The notes under the pieces were generated by a model, which did not search any database, had not been told where the DNA came from, and worked only from the letters and a program-made list of their open reading frames with translations. Shown here piece after piece: positions 40,601-55,600 of a stretch of DNA of 64,000 bases. Location of the stretch: contig OZ024742.1 in NCBI GenBank assembly GCA_964016885.1, positions 13,950,001 through 14,014,000 on the forward strand, given 5' to 3'. Made by a program: the position numbers and the translations under genes. The stretch comes from Eledone cirrhosa (Eukaryota). The stretch's first letter is position 1. Each line of letters starts with the position of its first letter.

Positions 40601-43600
40601 TCAATGTGAGACCTAACCCTAGAAGTGACCACCTGACCTAGTCTAGCCTCAATGTGAGACCTAACCCTAGAAGTGACCACCTGACCTAGTCTAGTTTCAA
40701 TGTGAGACCTAACCCTAAAAGTGACCACCTGACCTAGTCTAGCCTCAATGTGAGACCATCTAACCCTAGAAGTGACCACCTTACCTAGTCTAGTCTCAAT
40801 GTGAGACCTAACCCTAGAAGTGACCAGCTGACCTAGTCTAGCCTCAATGTGAGACTTCTAACCCTAGAAGTGACAACCTGACCTAGTGTAAACTGAATGT
40901 GAGACCTAACCCAAGAAGTGACCACCTGATTTAGTCTAGCCTCAATGTGAGACGATCTAACCCAAGAAGTGACCACCTGAACTAGTGTAACCTCAATGAG
41001 ACCTAACCCTAGAAGTGACAACCTGACCTAGTCTAGCCTCAATGTGAGACCTAACCCTAGTAGTGACCACCTGACCTAGTCTCGCCTCAACGTGAGACCT
41101 AACCCTAGAAGTGACCACCTGACCTAATCTAGCCTCAGTGTGAGACTATCTAACCCAAGAAGTGACCACCTGACCTAGTCTAGCCTCAATGTGAGACCAT
41201 CTAACCCTAGAAGTGACCACCTGACCTAGTCTAGCCTCCAATGTGAGACCTAACCCTAGAAGTGACCAGCTGGCCTAGTCTAGCCTCAATGTGAGACCTA
41301 ACCCTAGAAGTGACCACCTGACCTACTCTAGCCTCAATGTGTGACCTATCCCTAGAAATGACCACCTGACCTAGTGTAACCTAACTCTAGAAGTGACCAA
41401 CTGACCTAGTCTAGCCTAAATGTGAGACCTAACCCTAGAAGTGACCACCTGACCTAGTCTAGCCTCAATGTGAGACCATCTAACGCAAGAAGTGACCACC
41501 TGACCTAGTGTAACCTCAATGTGAGACATAACCCTAGAAGTGACCACCTGACCTAGTCTAACCTCAATGTGTGACCTTTTAACCCTAGAAGTGACCACCT
41601 CACCTAGTCTAGCCTCAATGTGAGATCTAACCCTAGAAGTGACCACCTGACCTAGTCTAGCCTCAATGTGAGATTTCTAACCCTAGAAGTGACAACCTGA
41701 CCAAGTGTAAACTGAATGAGACCTTCTAACCCAAGAAGTGACCACCTGACCTAGTCTAGCCTCAATGTGAGACCTAACCCTAGAAGTGACCACCTCACCT
41801 AGTCTAACCTCAATGTGAGACCTCTAACCCTAGAAGTGACCAGCTGACCTTGTCTAGCCTCAAGGTGTGACTTATCCCTAGAAGTGACCACCTGACCTAG
41901 TGTAACCTAAACCTAGAAGTGACCACCTGACCTTGTGTAGCCTCACTGAGACCATCTAACGCAAGGAGTGACCACCTGACCTAGTGTAACCTCAATGTGA
42001 GACCTTCTAACCCTAGAAGTGACCACCTTACCTAGTCTAGTCTCAATGTGAGACCTAACCCTAGAGGTGACCACCTGACCTAGTCTAGCCTCAATATGAG
42101 ATCTTACTCTAGAAGTGACCACCTGACGTAGTCTAGCCTCAATGTGAGACCTAACCTTAGCTGTGACCACCTGACCTAATCTAGTCTCAATGTGAGACTA
42201 TCTAACCCAAGAAGTGACCAGCTGACCTAGTCTAGCTTCAATGTGAGACCTCTAACCCTAGAAGTGACCAGCTGACCTTGTCTAGCCTCACTGAGACCAT
42301 CTAACGCAAGGAGTGACCACCTGACCTAGTGTAACCTTCTAACCCTAGAAGTGACCACCTTACCTAGTCTAGTCTCAATGTGAGACCTAACCCTAGAAGT
42401 GACCACCTGACCTAGTCTAGCCTCAATGTGAGATCTTACTCTAGAAGTGACCACCTGACCTAGTCTAGCCTCAATCTGAGACCTAACCCAAGAAGTGACC
42501 ACCTGACCTAGTGTAACCTCAATCTGAGACCTAACCCTAGAAGTGACCACCTGACCTAGTTTAGCCTCAATGTGACCCCTTCAAACCCTAGAAGTGACCA
42601 CATGACCTAGTCTAGGTTCGATGTGAGACCTAACCCTAGAAGTGACCACCTGACCTAGTCTAGCCTCCAATGTGAGACCTAACCCTAGAAGTGACCACCT
42701 GGCCTAGTCTAGCCTCAATGTGAGACCTAACCCTAGAAGTGACCACCTGACCTAGTCTAGCCTCAATGTGAGACCTAACCCTAGAAGTGACCACCTGACC
42801 TAGTCTAGTTTCAATGTGAGACCTAACCCTAAAAGTGACCACCTGACCTAGTCTAGCCTCAATGTGAGACCATCTAACCCTAGAAGTGACCACCTTACCT
42901 AGTCTAGTCTCAATGTGAGACCTAACCCTAGAAGTGACCAGCTGACCTAGTCTAGCCTCAATGTGAGACTTCTAACCCTAGAAGTGACAACCTGACCTAG
43001 TGTAAACTGAATGTGAGACCTAACCCAAGAAGTGACCACCTGATTTAGTCTAGCCTCAATGTGAGACGATCTAACCCAAGAAGTGACCACCTGAACTAGT
43101 GTAACCTCAATGAGACCTAACCCTAGAAGTGACAACCTGACCTAGTCTAGCCTCAATGTGAGACCTAACCCTAGTAGTGACCACCTGACCTAGTCTAGCC
43201 TCAACGTGAGACCTAACCCTAGAAGTGACCACCTGACCTAATCTAGCCTCAGTGTGAGACTATCTAACCCAAGAAGTGACCACCTGACCTAGTCTAGCCT
43301 CAATGTGAGACCATCTAACCCTAGAAGTGACCACCTGACCTAGTCTAGCCTCCAATGTGAGACCTAACCCTAGAAGTGACCAGCTGGCCTAGTCTAGCCT
43401 CAATGTGAGACCTAACCCTAGAAGTGACCACCTGACCTAGTCTAGCCTCAATGTGTGACCTATCCCTAGAAGTGACCACCTGACCTAGTGTAACCTAACT
43501 CTAGAAGTGACCAACTGACCTAGTCTAGCCTAAATGTGAGACCTAACCCTAGAAGTGACCACCTGACCTAGTCTAGCCTCAATGTGAGACCATCTAACGC

Positions 43601-46600
43601 AAGAAGTGACCACCTGACCTAGTGTAACCTCAATGTGAGACATAACCCTAGAAGTGACCACCTGACCTAGTCTAACCTCAATGTGTGACCTTTTAACCCT
43701 AGAAGTGACCACCTCACCTAGTCTAGCCTCAATGTGAGACCTAACCCTAGAAGTGACCACCTGACCTAGTCTGGCCTCAATGTGAGACCTAACTCTAGAA
43801 GTGACCACCTCACCTAGTCTAACCTCAATGTGAGACCTCTAACCCTAGAAGTGACCAGCTGACCTTGTCTAGCCTCAAGGTATGACTTATCCCTAGAAGT
43901 GACCACCTGACCTAGTGTAACCTAAACCTAGAAGTGACCACCTGACCTTGTGTAGCCTCACTGAGACTATCTAACGCAAGGAGTGACCACCTGACCTAGT
44001 GTAACCTCAATGTGAGACCTTCTAACCCTAGAAGTGACCACCTTACCTAGTCTAGTCTCAATGTGAGACCTAACCCTAGAGGTGACCACCTGACCTAGTC
44101 TAGCCTCAATATGAGATCTTACTCTAGAAGTGACCACCTGACGTAGTCTAGCCTCAATGTGAGACCTAACCTTAGCTGTGACCACCTGACCTAATCTAGT
44201 CTCAATGTGAGACTATCTAACCCAAGAAGTGACCAGCTGACCTAGTCTAGCTTCAATGTGAGACCTCTAACCCTAGAAGTGACCAGCTGACCTTGTCTAG
44301 CCTCACTGAGACCATCTAACGCAAGGAGTGACCACCTGACCTAGTGTAACCTTCTAACCCTAGAAGTGACCACCTTACCTAGTCTAGTCTCAATGTGAGA
44401 CCTAACCCTAGAAGTGACCACCTGACCTAGTCTAGCCTCAATGTGAGATCTTACTCTAGAAGTGACCACCTGACCTAGTCTAGCCTCAATCTGAGACCTA
44501 ACCCAAGAAGTGACCACCTGACCTAGTGTAACCTCAATCTGAGACCTAACCCTAGAAGTGACCACCTGACCTAGTTTAGCCTCAATGTGACCCCTTCAAA
44601 CCCTAGAAGTGACCACCTGACCTAGTCTAGGTTCGATGTGAGACCTAACCCTAGAAGTGACCACCTGACCTAGTCTAGCCTCCAATGTGAGACCTAACCC
44701 TAGAAGTGACCACCTGGCCTAGTCTAGCCTCAATGTGAGACCTAACCCTAGAAGTGACCACCTGACCTAGTCTAGCCTCAATGTGAGACCTAACCCTAGA
44801 AGTGACCACCTGACCTAGTCTAGTTTCAATGTGAGACCTAACCCTAAAAGTGACCACCTGACCTAGTCTAGCCTCAATGTGAGACCATCTAACCCTAGAA
44901 GTGACCACCTTACCTAGTCTAGTCTCAATGTGAGACCTAACCCTAGAAGTGACCAGCTGACCTAGTCTAGCCTCAATGTGAGACTTCTAACCCTAGAAGT
45001 GACAACCTGACCTAGTGTAAACTGAATGTGAGACCTAACCCAAGAAGTGACCACCTGATTTAGTCTAGCCTCAATGTGAGACGATCTAACCCAAGAAGTG
45101 ACCACCTGAACTAGTGTAACCTCAATGAGACCTAACCCTAGAAGTGACAACCTGACCTAGTCTAGCCTCAATGTGAGACCTAACCCTAGTAGTGACCACC
45201 TGACCTAGTCTCGCCTCAACGTGAGACCTAACCCTAGAAGTGACCACCTGACCTAATCTAGCCTCAGTGTGAGACTATCTAACCCAAGAAGTGACCACCT
45301 GACCTAGTCTAGCCTCAATGTGAGACCATCTAACCCTAGAAGTGACCACCTGACCTAGTCTAGCCTCCAATGTGAGACCTAACCCTAGAAGTGACCAGCT
45401 GGCCTAGTCTAGCCTCAATGTGAGACCTAACCCTAGAAGTGACCACCTGACCTACTCTAGCCTCAATGTGTGACCTATCCCTAGAAATGACCACCTGACC
45501 TAGTGTAACCTAACTCTAGAAGTGACCAACTGACCTAGTCTAGCCTAAATGTGAGACCTAACCCTAGAAGTGACCACCTGACCTAGTCTAGCCTCAATGT
45601 GAGACCATCTAACGCAAGAAGTGACCACCTGACCTAGTGTAACCTCAATGTGAGACATAACCCTAGAAGTGACCACCTGACCTAGTCTAACCTCAATGTG
45701 TGACCTTTTAACCCTAGAAGTGACCACCTCACCTAGTCTAGCCTCAATGTGAGATCTAACCCTAGAAGTGACCACCTGACCTAGTCTAGCCTCAATGTGA
45801 GATTTCTAACCCTAGAAGTGACAACCTGACCAAGTGTAAACTGAATGAGACCTTCTAACCCAAGAAGTGACCACCTGACCTAGTCTAGCCTCAATGTGAG
45901 ACCTAACCCTAGAAGTGACCACCTCACCTAGTCTAACCTCAATGTGAGACCTCTAACCCTAGAAGTGACCAGCTGACCTTGTCTAGCCTCAAGGTGTGAC
46001 TTATCCCTAGAAGTGACCACCTGACCTAGTGTAACCTAAACCTAGAAGTGACCACCTGACCTTGTGTAGCCTCACTGAGACCATCTAACGCAAGGAGTGA
46101 CCACCTGACCTAGTGTAACCTCAATGTGAGACCTTCTAACCCTAGAAGTGACCACCTTACCTAGTCTAGTCTCAATGTGAGACCTAACCCTAGAGGTGAC
46201 CACCTGACCTAGTCTAGCCTCAATATGAGATCTTACTCTAGAAGTGACCACCTGACGTAGTCTAGCCTCAATGTGAGACCTAACCTTAGCTGTGACCACC
46301 TGACCTAATCTAGTCTCAATGTGAGACTATCTAACCCAAGAAGTGACCAGCTGACCTAGTCTAGCTTCAATGTGAGACCTCTAACCCTAGAAGTGACCAG
46401 CTGACCTTGTCTAGCCTCACTGAGACCATCTAACGCAAGGAGTGACCACCTGACCTAGTGTAACCTTCTAACCCTAGAAGTGACCACCTTACCTAGTCTA
46501 GTCTCAATGTGAGACCTAACCCTAGAAGTGACCACCTGACCTAGTCTAGCCTTAATGTGAGATCTTACTCTAGAAGTGACCACCTGACCTAGTCTAGCCT

Positions 46601-49600
46601 CAATCTGAGACCTAACCCAAGAAGTGACCACCTGACCTAGTGTAACCTCAATCTGAGACCTAACCCTAGAAGTGACCACCTGACCTAGTTTAGCCTCAAT
46701 GTGAGACATAACCCTAGAAGTGACCACCTGACCTAGTCTAACCTCAATGTGTGACCTTTTAACCCTAGAAGTGACCACCTCACCTAGTCTAGCCTCAATG
46801 TGAGACCTAACCCTAGAAGTGACCACCTGACCTAGTCTGGCCTCAATGTGAGACCTAACCCTAGAAGTGACCACCTCACCTAGTCTAGCCTCAATGTGAG
46901 ACCTCTAACCCTAGAAGTGACCAGCTGACCTTGTCTAGCCTCAAGGTGTGACTTATCCCTAGAAGTGACCACCTGACCTAGTGTAACCTAAACCTAGAAG
47001 TGACCACCTGACCTTGTGTAGCCTCACTGAGACTATCTAACGCAAGGAGTGACCACCTGACCTAGTGTAACCTCAATGTGAGACCTTCTAACCCTAGAAG
47101 TGACCACCTTACCTAGTCTAGTCTCAATGTGAGACCTAACCCTAGAGGTGACCACCTGACCTAGTCTAGCCTCAATATGAGATCTTACTCTAGAAGTGAC
47201 CACCTGACGTAGTCTAGCCTCAATGTGAGACCTAACCTTAGCTGTGACCACCGGACCTAATCTAGTCTCAATGTGAGACTATCTAACCCAAGAAGTGACC
47301 AGCTGACCTAGTCTAGCTTCAATGTGAGACCTCTAACCCTAGAAGTGACCAGCTGACCTTGTCTAGCCTCACTGAGACCATCTAACGCAAGGAGTGACCA
47401 CCTGACCTAGTGTAACCTTCTAACCCTAGAAGTGACCACCTTACCTAGTCTAGTCTCAATGTGAGACCTAACCCTAGAAGTGACCACCTGACCTAGTCTA
47501 GCCTCAATGTGAGATCTTACTCTAGAAGTAACCACCTGACCTAGTCTAGCCTCAATCTGAGACCTAACCCAAGAAGTGACCACCTGACCTAGTGTAACCT
47601 CAATCTGAGACCTAACCCTAGAAGTGACCACCTGACCTAGTTTAGCCTCAATGTGACCCCTTCAAACACTAGAAGTGACCACCTGGCCTAGTCTAGGTTC
47701 GATGTGAGACCTAACCCTAGAAGTGACCACCTGACCTAGTCTAGCCTCCAATGTGAGACCTAACCCTAGAAGTGACCACCTGGCCTAGTCTAGCCTCAAT
47801 GTGAGACCTAACCCTAGAAGTGACCACCTGACCTAGTCTAGCCTCAATGTGAGACCTAACCCTAGAAGTGACCACCTGACCTAGTCTAGTTTCAATGTGA
47901 GACCTAACCCTAAAAGTGACCACCTGACCTAGTCTAGCCTCAATGTGAGACCATCTAACCCTAGAAGTGACCACCTTACCTAGTCTAGTCTCAATGTGAG
48001 ACCTAACCCTAGAAGTGACCAGCTGACCTAGTCTAGCCTCAATGTGAGACTTCTAACCCTAGAAGTGACAACCTGACCTAGTGTAAACTGAATGTGAGAC
48101 CTAACCCAAGAAGTGACCACCTGATTTAGTCTAGCCTCAATGTGAGACGATCTAACCCAAGAAGTGACCACCTGAACTAGTGTAACCTCAATGAGACCTA
48201 ACCCTAGAAGTGACAACCTGACTTAGTCTAGCCTCAATGTGAGACCTAACCCTAGTAGTGACCACCTGACCTAGTCTAGCCTCAACGTGAGACCTAACCC
48301 TAGAAGTGACCACCTGACCTAATCTAGCCTCAGTGTGAGACTATCTAACCCAAGAAGTGACCACCTGACCTAGTCTAGCCTCAATGTGAGACCATCTAAC
48401 CCTAGAAGTGACCACCTGACCTAGTCTAGCCTCCAATGTGAGACCTAACCCTAGAAGTGACCAGCTGGCCTAGTCTAGCCCCAATGTGAGACCTAACCCT
48501 AGAAGTGACCACCTGACCTAGTCTAGCCTCAATGTGTGACCTATCCCTAGAAGTGACCACCTGACCTAGTGTAACCTAACTCTAGAAGTGACCAACTGAC
48601 CTAGTCTAGCCTAAATGTGAGACCTAACCCTAGAAGTGACCACCTGACCTAGTCTAGCCTCAATGTGAGACCATCTAACGCAAGAAGTGACCACCTGACC
48701 TAGTGTAACCTCAATGTGAGACATAACCCTAGAAGTGACCACCTGACCTAGTCTAACCTCAATGTGTGACCTTTTAACCCTAGAAGTGACCACCTCACCT
48801 AGTCTAGCCTCAATGTGAGACCTAACCCTAGAAGTGACCACCTGACCTAGTCTGGCCTCAATGTGAGACCTAACCCTAGAAGTGACCACCTCACCTAGTC
48901 TAACCTCAATGTGAGACCTCTAACCCTAGAAGTGACCAGCTGACCTTGTCTAGCCTCAAGGTATGACTTATCCCTAGAAGTGACCACCTGACCTAGTGTA
49001 ACCTAAACCTAGAAGTGACCACCTGACCTTGTGTAGCCTCACTGAGACTATCTAACGCAAGGAGTGACCACCTGACCTAGTGTAACCTCAATGTGAGACC
49101 TTCTAACCCTAGAAGTGACCACCTTACCTAGTCTAGTCTCAATGTGAGACCTAACCCTAGAGGTGACCACCTGACCTAGTCTAGCCTCAATATGAGATCT
49201 TACTCTAGAAGTGACCACCTGACGTAGTCTAGCCTCAATGTGAGACCTAACCTTAGCTGTGACCACCTGACCTAATCTAGTCTCAATGTGAGACTATCTA
49301 ACCCAAGAAGTGACCAGCTGACCTAGTCTAGCTTCAATGTGAGACCTCTAACCCTAGAAGTGACCAGCTGACCTTGTCTAGCCTCACTGAGACCATCTAA
49401 CGCAAGGAGTGACCACCTGACCTAGTGTAACCTTCTAACCCTAGAAGTGACCACCTTACCTAGTCTAGTCTCAATGTGAGACCTAACCCTAGAAGTGACC
49501 ACCTGACCTAGTCTAGCCTCAATGTGAGATCTTACTCTAGAAGTGACCACCTGACCTAGTCTAGCCTCAATCTGAGACCTAACCCAAGAAGTGACCACCT

Positions 49601-52600
49601 GACCTAGTGTAACCTCAATCTGAGACCTAACCCTAGAAGTGACCACCTGACCTAGTTTAGCCTCAATGTGACCCCTTCAAACACTAGAAGTGACCACCTG
49701 ACCTAGTCTAGGTTCGATGTGAGACCTAACCCTAGAAGTGACCACCTGACCTAGTCTAGCCTCCAATGTGAGACCTAACCCTAGAAGTGACCACCTGGCC
49801 TAGTCTAGCCTCAATGTGAGACCTAACCCTAGAAGTGACCACCTGACCTAGTCTAGCCTCAATGTGAGACCTAACCCTAGAAGTGACCACCTGACCTAGT
49901 CTAGTTTCAATGTGAGACCTAACCCTAAAAGTGACCACCTGACCTAGTCTAGCCTCAATGTGAGACCATCTAACCCTAGAAGTGACCACCTTACCTAGTC
50001 TAGTCTCAATGTGAGACCTAACCCTAGAAGTGACCAGCTGACCTAGTCTAGCCTCAATGTGAGACTTCTAACCCTAGAAGTGACAACCTGACCTAGTGTA
50101 AACTGAATGTGAGACCTAACCCAAGAAGTGACCACCTGATTTAGTCTAGCCTCAATGTGAGACGATCTAACCCAAGAAGTGACCACCTGAACTAGTGTAA
50201 CCTCAATGAGACCTAACCCTAGAAGTGACAACCTGACCTAGTCTAGCCTCAATGTGAGACCTAACCCTAGTAGTGACCACCTGACCTAGTCTAGCCTCAA
50301 CGTGAGACCTAACCCTAGAAGTGACCACCTGACCTAATCTAGCCTCAGTGTGAGACTATCTAACCCAAGAAGTGACCACCTGACCTAGTCTAGCCTCAAT
50401 GTGAGACCATCTAACCCTAGAAGTGACCACCTGACCTAGTCTAGCCTCCAATGTGAGACCTAACCCTAGAAGTGACCACCTGACCTAGTCTAGCCTCAAT
50501 GTGTGACCTATCCCTAGAAGTGACCACCTGACCTAGTGTAACCTAACTCTAGAAGTGACCAACTGACCTAGTCTAGCCTAAATGTGAGACCTAACCCTAG
50601 AAGTGACCACCTGACCTAGTCTAGCCTCAATGTGAGACCATCTAACGCAAGAAGTGATCACCTGACCTAGTGTAACCTCAATGTGAGACATAACCCTAGA
50701 AGTGACCACCTGACCTAGTCTAACCTCAATGTGTGACCTTTTAACCCTAGAAGTGACCACCTCACCTAGTCTAGCCTCAATGTGAGACCTAACCCTAGAA
50801 GTGACCACCTGACCTAGTCTAACCTCAATGTGAGATTTCTAACCCTAGAAGTGACAACCTGACCAAGTGTAAACTGAATGAGACCTTCTAACCCAAGAAG
50901 TGACCACCTGACCTAGTCTAGCCTCAATGTGAGACCTAACCCTAGAAGTGACCACCTGACCTAGTCTGGCCTCAATGTGAGACCTAACCCTAGAAGTGGC
51001 CACCTCACCTAGTCTAACCTCAATGTGAGACCTCTAACCCTAGAAGTGACCAGCTGACCTTGTCTAGCCTCAAGGTGTGACTTATCCCTAGAAGTGACCA
51101 CCTGACCTAGTGTAACCTAAACCTAGAAGTGACCACCTGACCTTGTGTAGCCTCACTGAGACCATCTAACGCAAGGAGTGACCACCTGACCTAGTGTAAC
51201 CTCAATGTGAGACCTTCTAACCCTAGAAGTGACCACCTTACCTAGTCTAGTCTCAATGTGAGACCTAACCCTAGAGGTGACCACCTGACCTAGTCTAGCC
51301 TCAATATGAGATCTTACTCTAGAAGTGACCACCTGACGTAGTCTAGCCTCAATGTGAGACCTAACCTTAGCTGTGACCACCTGACCTAATCTAGTCTCAA
51401 TGTGAGACTATCTAACCCAAGAAGTGACCAGCTGACCTAGTCTAGCTTCAATGTGAGACCTCTAACCCTAGAAGTGACCAGCTGACCTTGTCTAGCCTCA
51501 CTGAGACCATCTAACGCAAGGAGTGACCACCTGACCTAGTGTAACCTTCTAACCCTAGAAGTGACCACCTTACCTAGTCTAGTCTCAATGTGAGACCTAA
51601 CCCTAGAAGTGACCACCTGACCTAGTCTAGCCTCAATGTGAGATCTTACTCTAGAAGTGACCACCTGACCTAGTCTAGCCTCAATCTGAGACCTAACCCA
51701 AGAAGTGACCACCTGACCTAGTGTAACCTCAATCTGAGACCTAACCCTAGAAGTGACCACCTGACCTAGTTTAGCCTCAATGTGACCCCTTCAAACCCTA
51801 GAAGTGACCACCTGACCTAGTCTAGGTTCGATGTGAGACCTAACCCTAGAAGTGACCACCTGACCTAGTCTAGCCTCCAATGTGAGACCTAACCCTAGAA
51901 GTGACCACCTGGCCTAGTCTAGCCTCAATGTGAGACCTAACCCTAGAAGTGACCACCTGACCTAGTCTAGCCTCAATGTGAGACCTAACCCTAGAAGTGA
52001 CCACCTGACCTAGTCTAGTTTCAATGTGAGACCTAACCCTAAAAGTGACCACCTGACCTAGTCTAGCCTCAATGTGAGACCATCTAACCCTAGAAGTGAC
52101 CACCTTACCTAGTCTAGTCTCAATGTGAGACCTAACCCTAGAAGTGACCAGCTGACCTAGTCTAGCCTCAATGTGAGACTTCTAACCCTAGAAGTGACAA
52201 CCTGACCTAGTGTAAACTGAATGTGAGACCTAACCCAAGAAGTGACCACCTGATTTAGTCTAGCCTCAATGTGAGACGATCTAACCCAAGAAGTGACCAC
52301 CTGAACTAGTGTAACCTCAATGAGACCTAACCCTAGAAGTGACAACCTGACCTAGTCTAGCCTCAATGTGAGACCTAACCCTAGTAGTGACCACCTGACC
52401 TAGTCTAGCCTCAACGTGAGACCTAACCCTAGAAGTGACCACCTGACCTAATCTAGCCTCAGTGTGAGACTATCTAACCCAAGAAGTGACCACCTGACCT
52501 AGTCTAGCCTCAATGTGAGACCATCTAACCCTAGAAGTGACCACCTGACCTAGTCTAGCCTCCAATGTGAGACCTAACCCTAGAAGTGACCAGCTGGCCT

Positions 52601-55600
52601 AGTCTAGCCTCAATGTGAGACCTAACCCTAGAAGTGACCACCTGACCTACTCTAGCCTCAATGTGTGACCTATCCCTAGAAGTGACCACCTGACCTAGTG
52701 TAACCTAACTCTAGAAGTGACCAACTGACCTAGTCTAGCCTAAATGTGAGACCTAACCCTAGAAGTGACCACCTGACCTAGTCTAGCCTCAATGTGAGAC
52801 CATCTAACTCAAGAAGTGACCACCTGACCTAGTGTAACCTCAATGTGAGACATAACCCTAGAAGTGACCACCTGACCTAGTCTAACCTCAATGTGTGACC
52901 TTTTAATCCTAGAAGTGACCACCTCACCTAGTCTAGCCTCAATGTGAGATCTAACCCTAGAAGTGACCACCTGACCTAGTCTAGCCTCAATGTGAGATTT
53001 CTAACCCTAGAAGTGACAACCTGACCAAGTGTAAACTGAATGAGACCTTCTAACCCAAGAAGTGACCACCTGACCTAGTCTAGCCTCAATGTGAGACCTA
53101 ACCCTAGAAGTGACCACCTGACCTAGTCTGGCCTCAATGTGAGACCTAACCCTAGAAGTGACCACCTCACCTAGTCTAACCTCAATGTGAGACCTCTAAC
53201 CCTAGAAGTGACCAGCTGACCTTGTCTAGCCTCAAGGTGTGACTTATCCCTAGAAGTGACCACCTGACCTAGTGTAACCTAAACCTAGAAGTGACCACCT
53301 GACCTTGTGTAGCCTCACTGAGACCATCTAACGCAAGGAGTGACCACCTGACCTAGTGTAACCTCAATGTGAGACCTTCTAACCCTAGAAGTGACCACCT
53401 TACCTAGTCTAGTCTCAATGTGAGACCTAACCCTAGAGGTGACCACCTGACCTAGTCTAGCCTCAATATGAGATCTTACTCTAGAAGTGACCACCTGACG
53501 TAGTCTAGCCTCAATGTGAGACCTAACCTTAGCTGTGACCACCTGACCTAATCTAGTCTCAATGTGAGACTATCTAACCCAAGAAGTGACCAGCTGACCT
53601 AGTCTAGCTTCAATGTGAGACCTCTAACCCTAGAAGTGACCAGCTGACCTTGTCTAGCCTCACTGAGACCATCTAACGCAAGGAGTGACCACCTGACCTA
53701 GTGTAACCTTCTAACCCTAGAAGTGACCACCTTACCTAGTCTAGTCTCAATGTGAGACCTAACCCTAGAAGTGACCACCTGACCTAGTCTAGCCTTAATG
53801 TGAGATCTTACTCTAGAAGTGACCACCTGACCTAGTCTAGCCTCAATCTGAGACCTAACCCAAGAAGTGACCACCTGACCTAGTGTAACCTCAATCTGAG
53901 ACCTAACCCTAGAAGTGACCACCTGACCTAGTTTAGCCTCAATGTGACCCCTTCAAACCCTAGAAGTGACCACCTGACCTAGTCTAGGTTCGATGTGAGA
54001 CCTAACCCTAGAAGTGACCACCTGACCTAGTCTAGCCTCCAATGTGAGACCTAACCCTAGAAGTGACCACCTGGCCTAGTCTAGCCTCAATGTGAGACCT
54101 AACCCTAGAAGTGACCACCTGACCTAGTCTAGCCTCAATGTGAGACCTAACCCTAGAAGTGACCACCTGACCTAGTCTAGTTTCAATGTGAGACCTAACC
54201 CTAAAAGTGAGCACCTGACCTAGTCTAGCCTCAATGTGAGACCATCTAACCCTAGAAGTGACCACCTTACCTAGTCTAGTCTCAATGTGAGACCTAACCC
54301 TAGAAGTGACCAGCTGACCTAGTCTAGCCTCAATGTGAGACTTCTAACCCTAGAAGTGACAACCTGACCTAGTGTAAACTGAATGTGAGACCTAACCCAA
54401 GAAGTGACCACCTGATTTAGTCTAGCCTCAATGTGAGACGATCTAACCCAAGAAGTGACCACCTGAACTAGTGTAACCTCAATGAGACCTAACCCTAGAA
54501 GTGACAACCTGACCTAGTCTAGCCTCAATGTGAGACCTAACCCTAGTAGTGACCACCTGACCTAGTCTAGCCTCAACGTGAGACCTAACCCTAGAAGTGA
54601 CCACCTGACCTAATCTAGCCTCAGTGTGAGACTATCTAACCCAAGAAGTGACCACCTGACCTAGTCTAACCTCAATGTGAGACCATCTAACCCTAGAAGT
54701 GACCACCTGACCTAGTCTAGCCTCCAATGTGAGACCTAACCCTAGAAGTGACCAGCTGGCCTAGTCTAGCCTCAATGTGAGACCTAACCCTAGAAGTGAC
54801 CACCTGACCTAGTCTAGCCTCAATGTGTGACCTATCCCTAGAAGTGACCACCTGACCTAGTGTAACCTAACTCTAGAAGTGACCAACTGACCTAGTCTAG
54901 CCTAAATGTGAGACCTAACCCTAGAAGTGACCACCTGACCTAGTCTAGCCTCAATGTGAGACCATCTAACGCAAGAAGTGACCACCTGACCTAGTGTAAC
55001 CTCAATGTGAGACATAACCCTAGAAGTGACCACCTGACCTAGTCTAACCTCAATGTGTGACCTTTTAACCCTAAAAGTGACCACCTCACCTAGTCTAGCC
55101 TCAATGTGAGACCTAACCCTAGAAGTGACCACCTGACCTAGTCTGGCCTCAATGTGAGACCTAACCCTAGAAGTGACCACCTCACCTAGTCTAACCTCAA
55201 TGTGAGACCTCTAACCCTAGAAGTGACCAGCTGACCTTGTCTAGCCTCAAGGTGTGACTTATCCCTAGAAGTGACCACCTGACCTAGTGTAACCTAAACC
55301 TAGAAGTGACCACCTGACCTTGTGTAGCCTCACTGAGACTATCTAACGCAAGGAGTGACCACCTGACCTAGTGTAACCTCAATGTGAGACCTTCTAACCC
55401 TAGAAGTGACCACCTTACCTAGTCTAGTCTCAATGTGAGACCTAACCCTAGAGGTGACCACCTGACCTAGTCTAGCCTCAATATGAGATCTTACTCTAGA
55501 AGTGACCACCTGACGTAGTCTAGCCTCAATGTGAGACCTAACCTTAGCTGTGACCACCTGACCTAATCTAGTCTCAATGTGAGACTATCTAACCCAAGAA

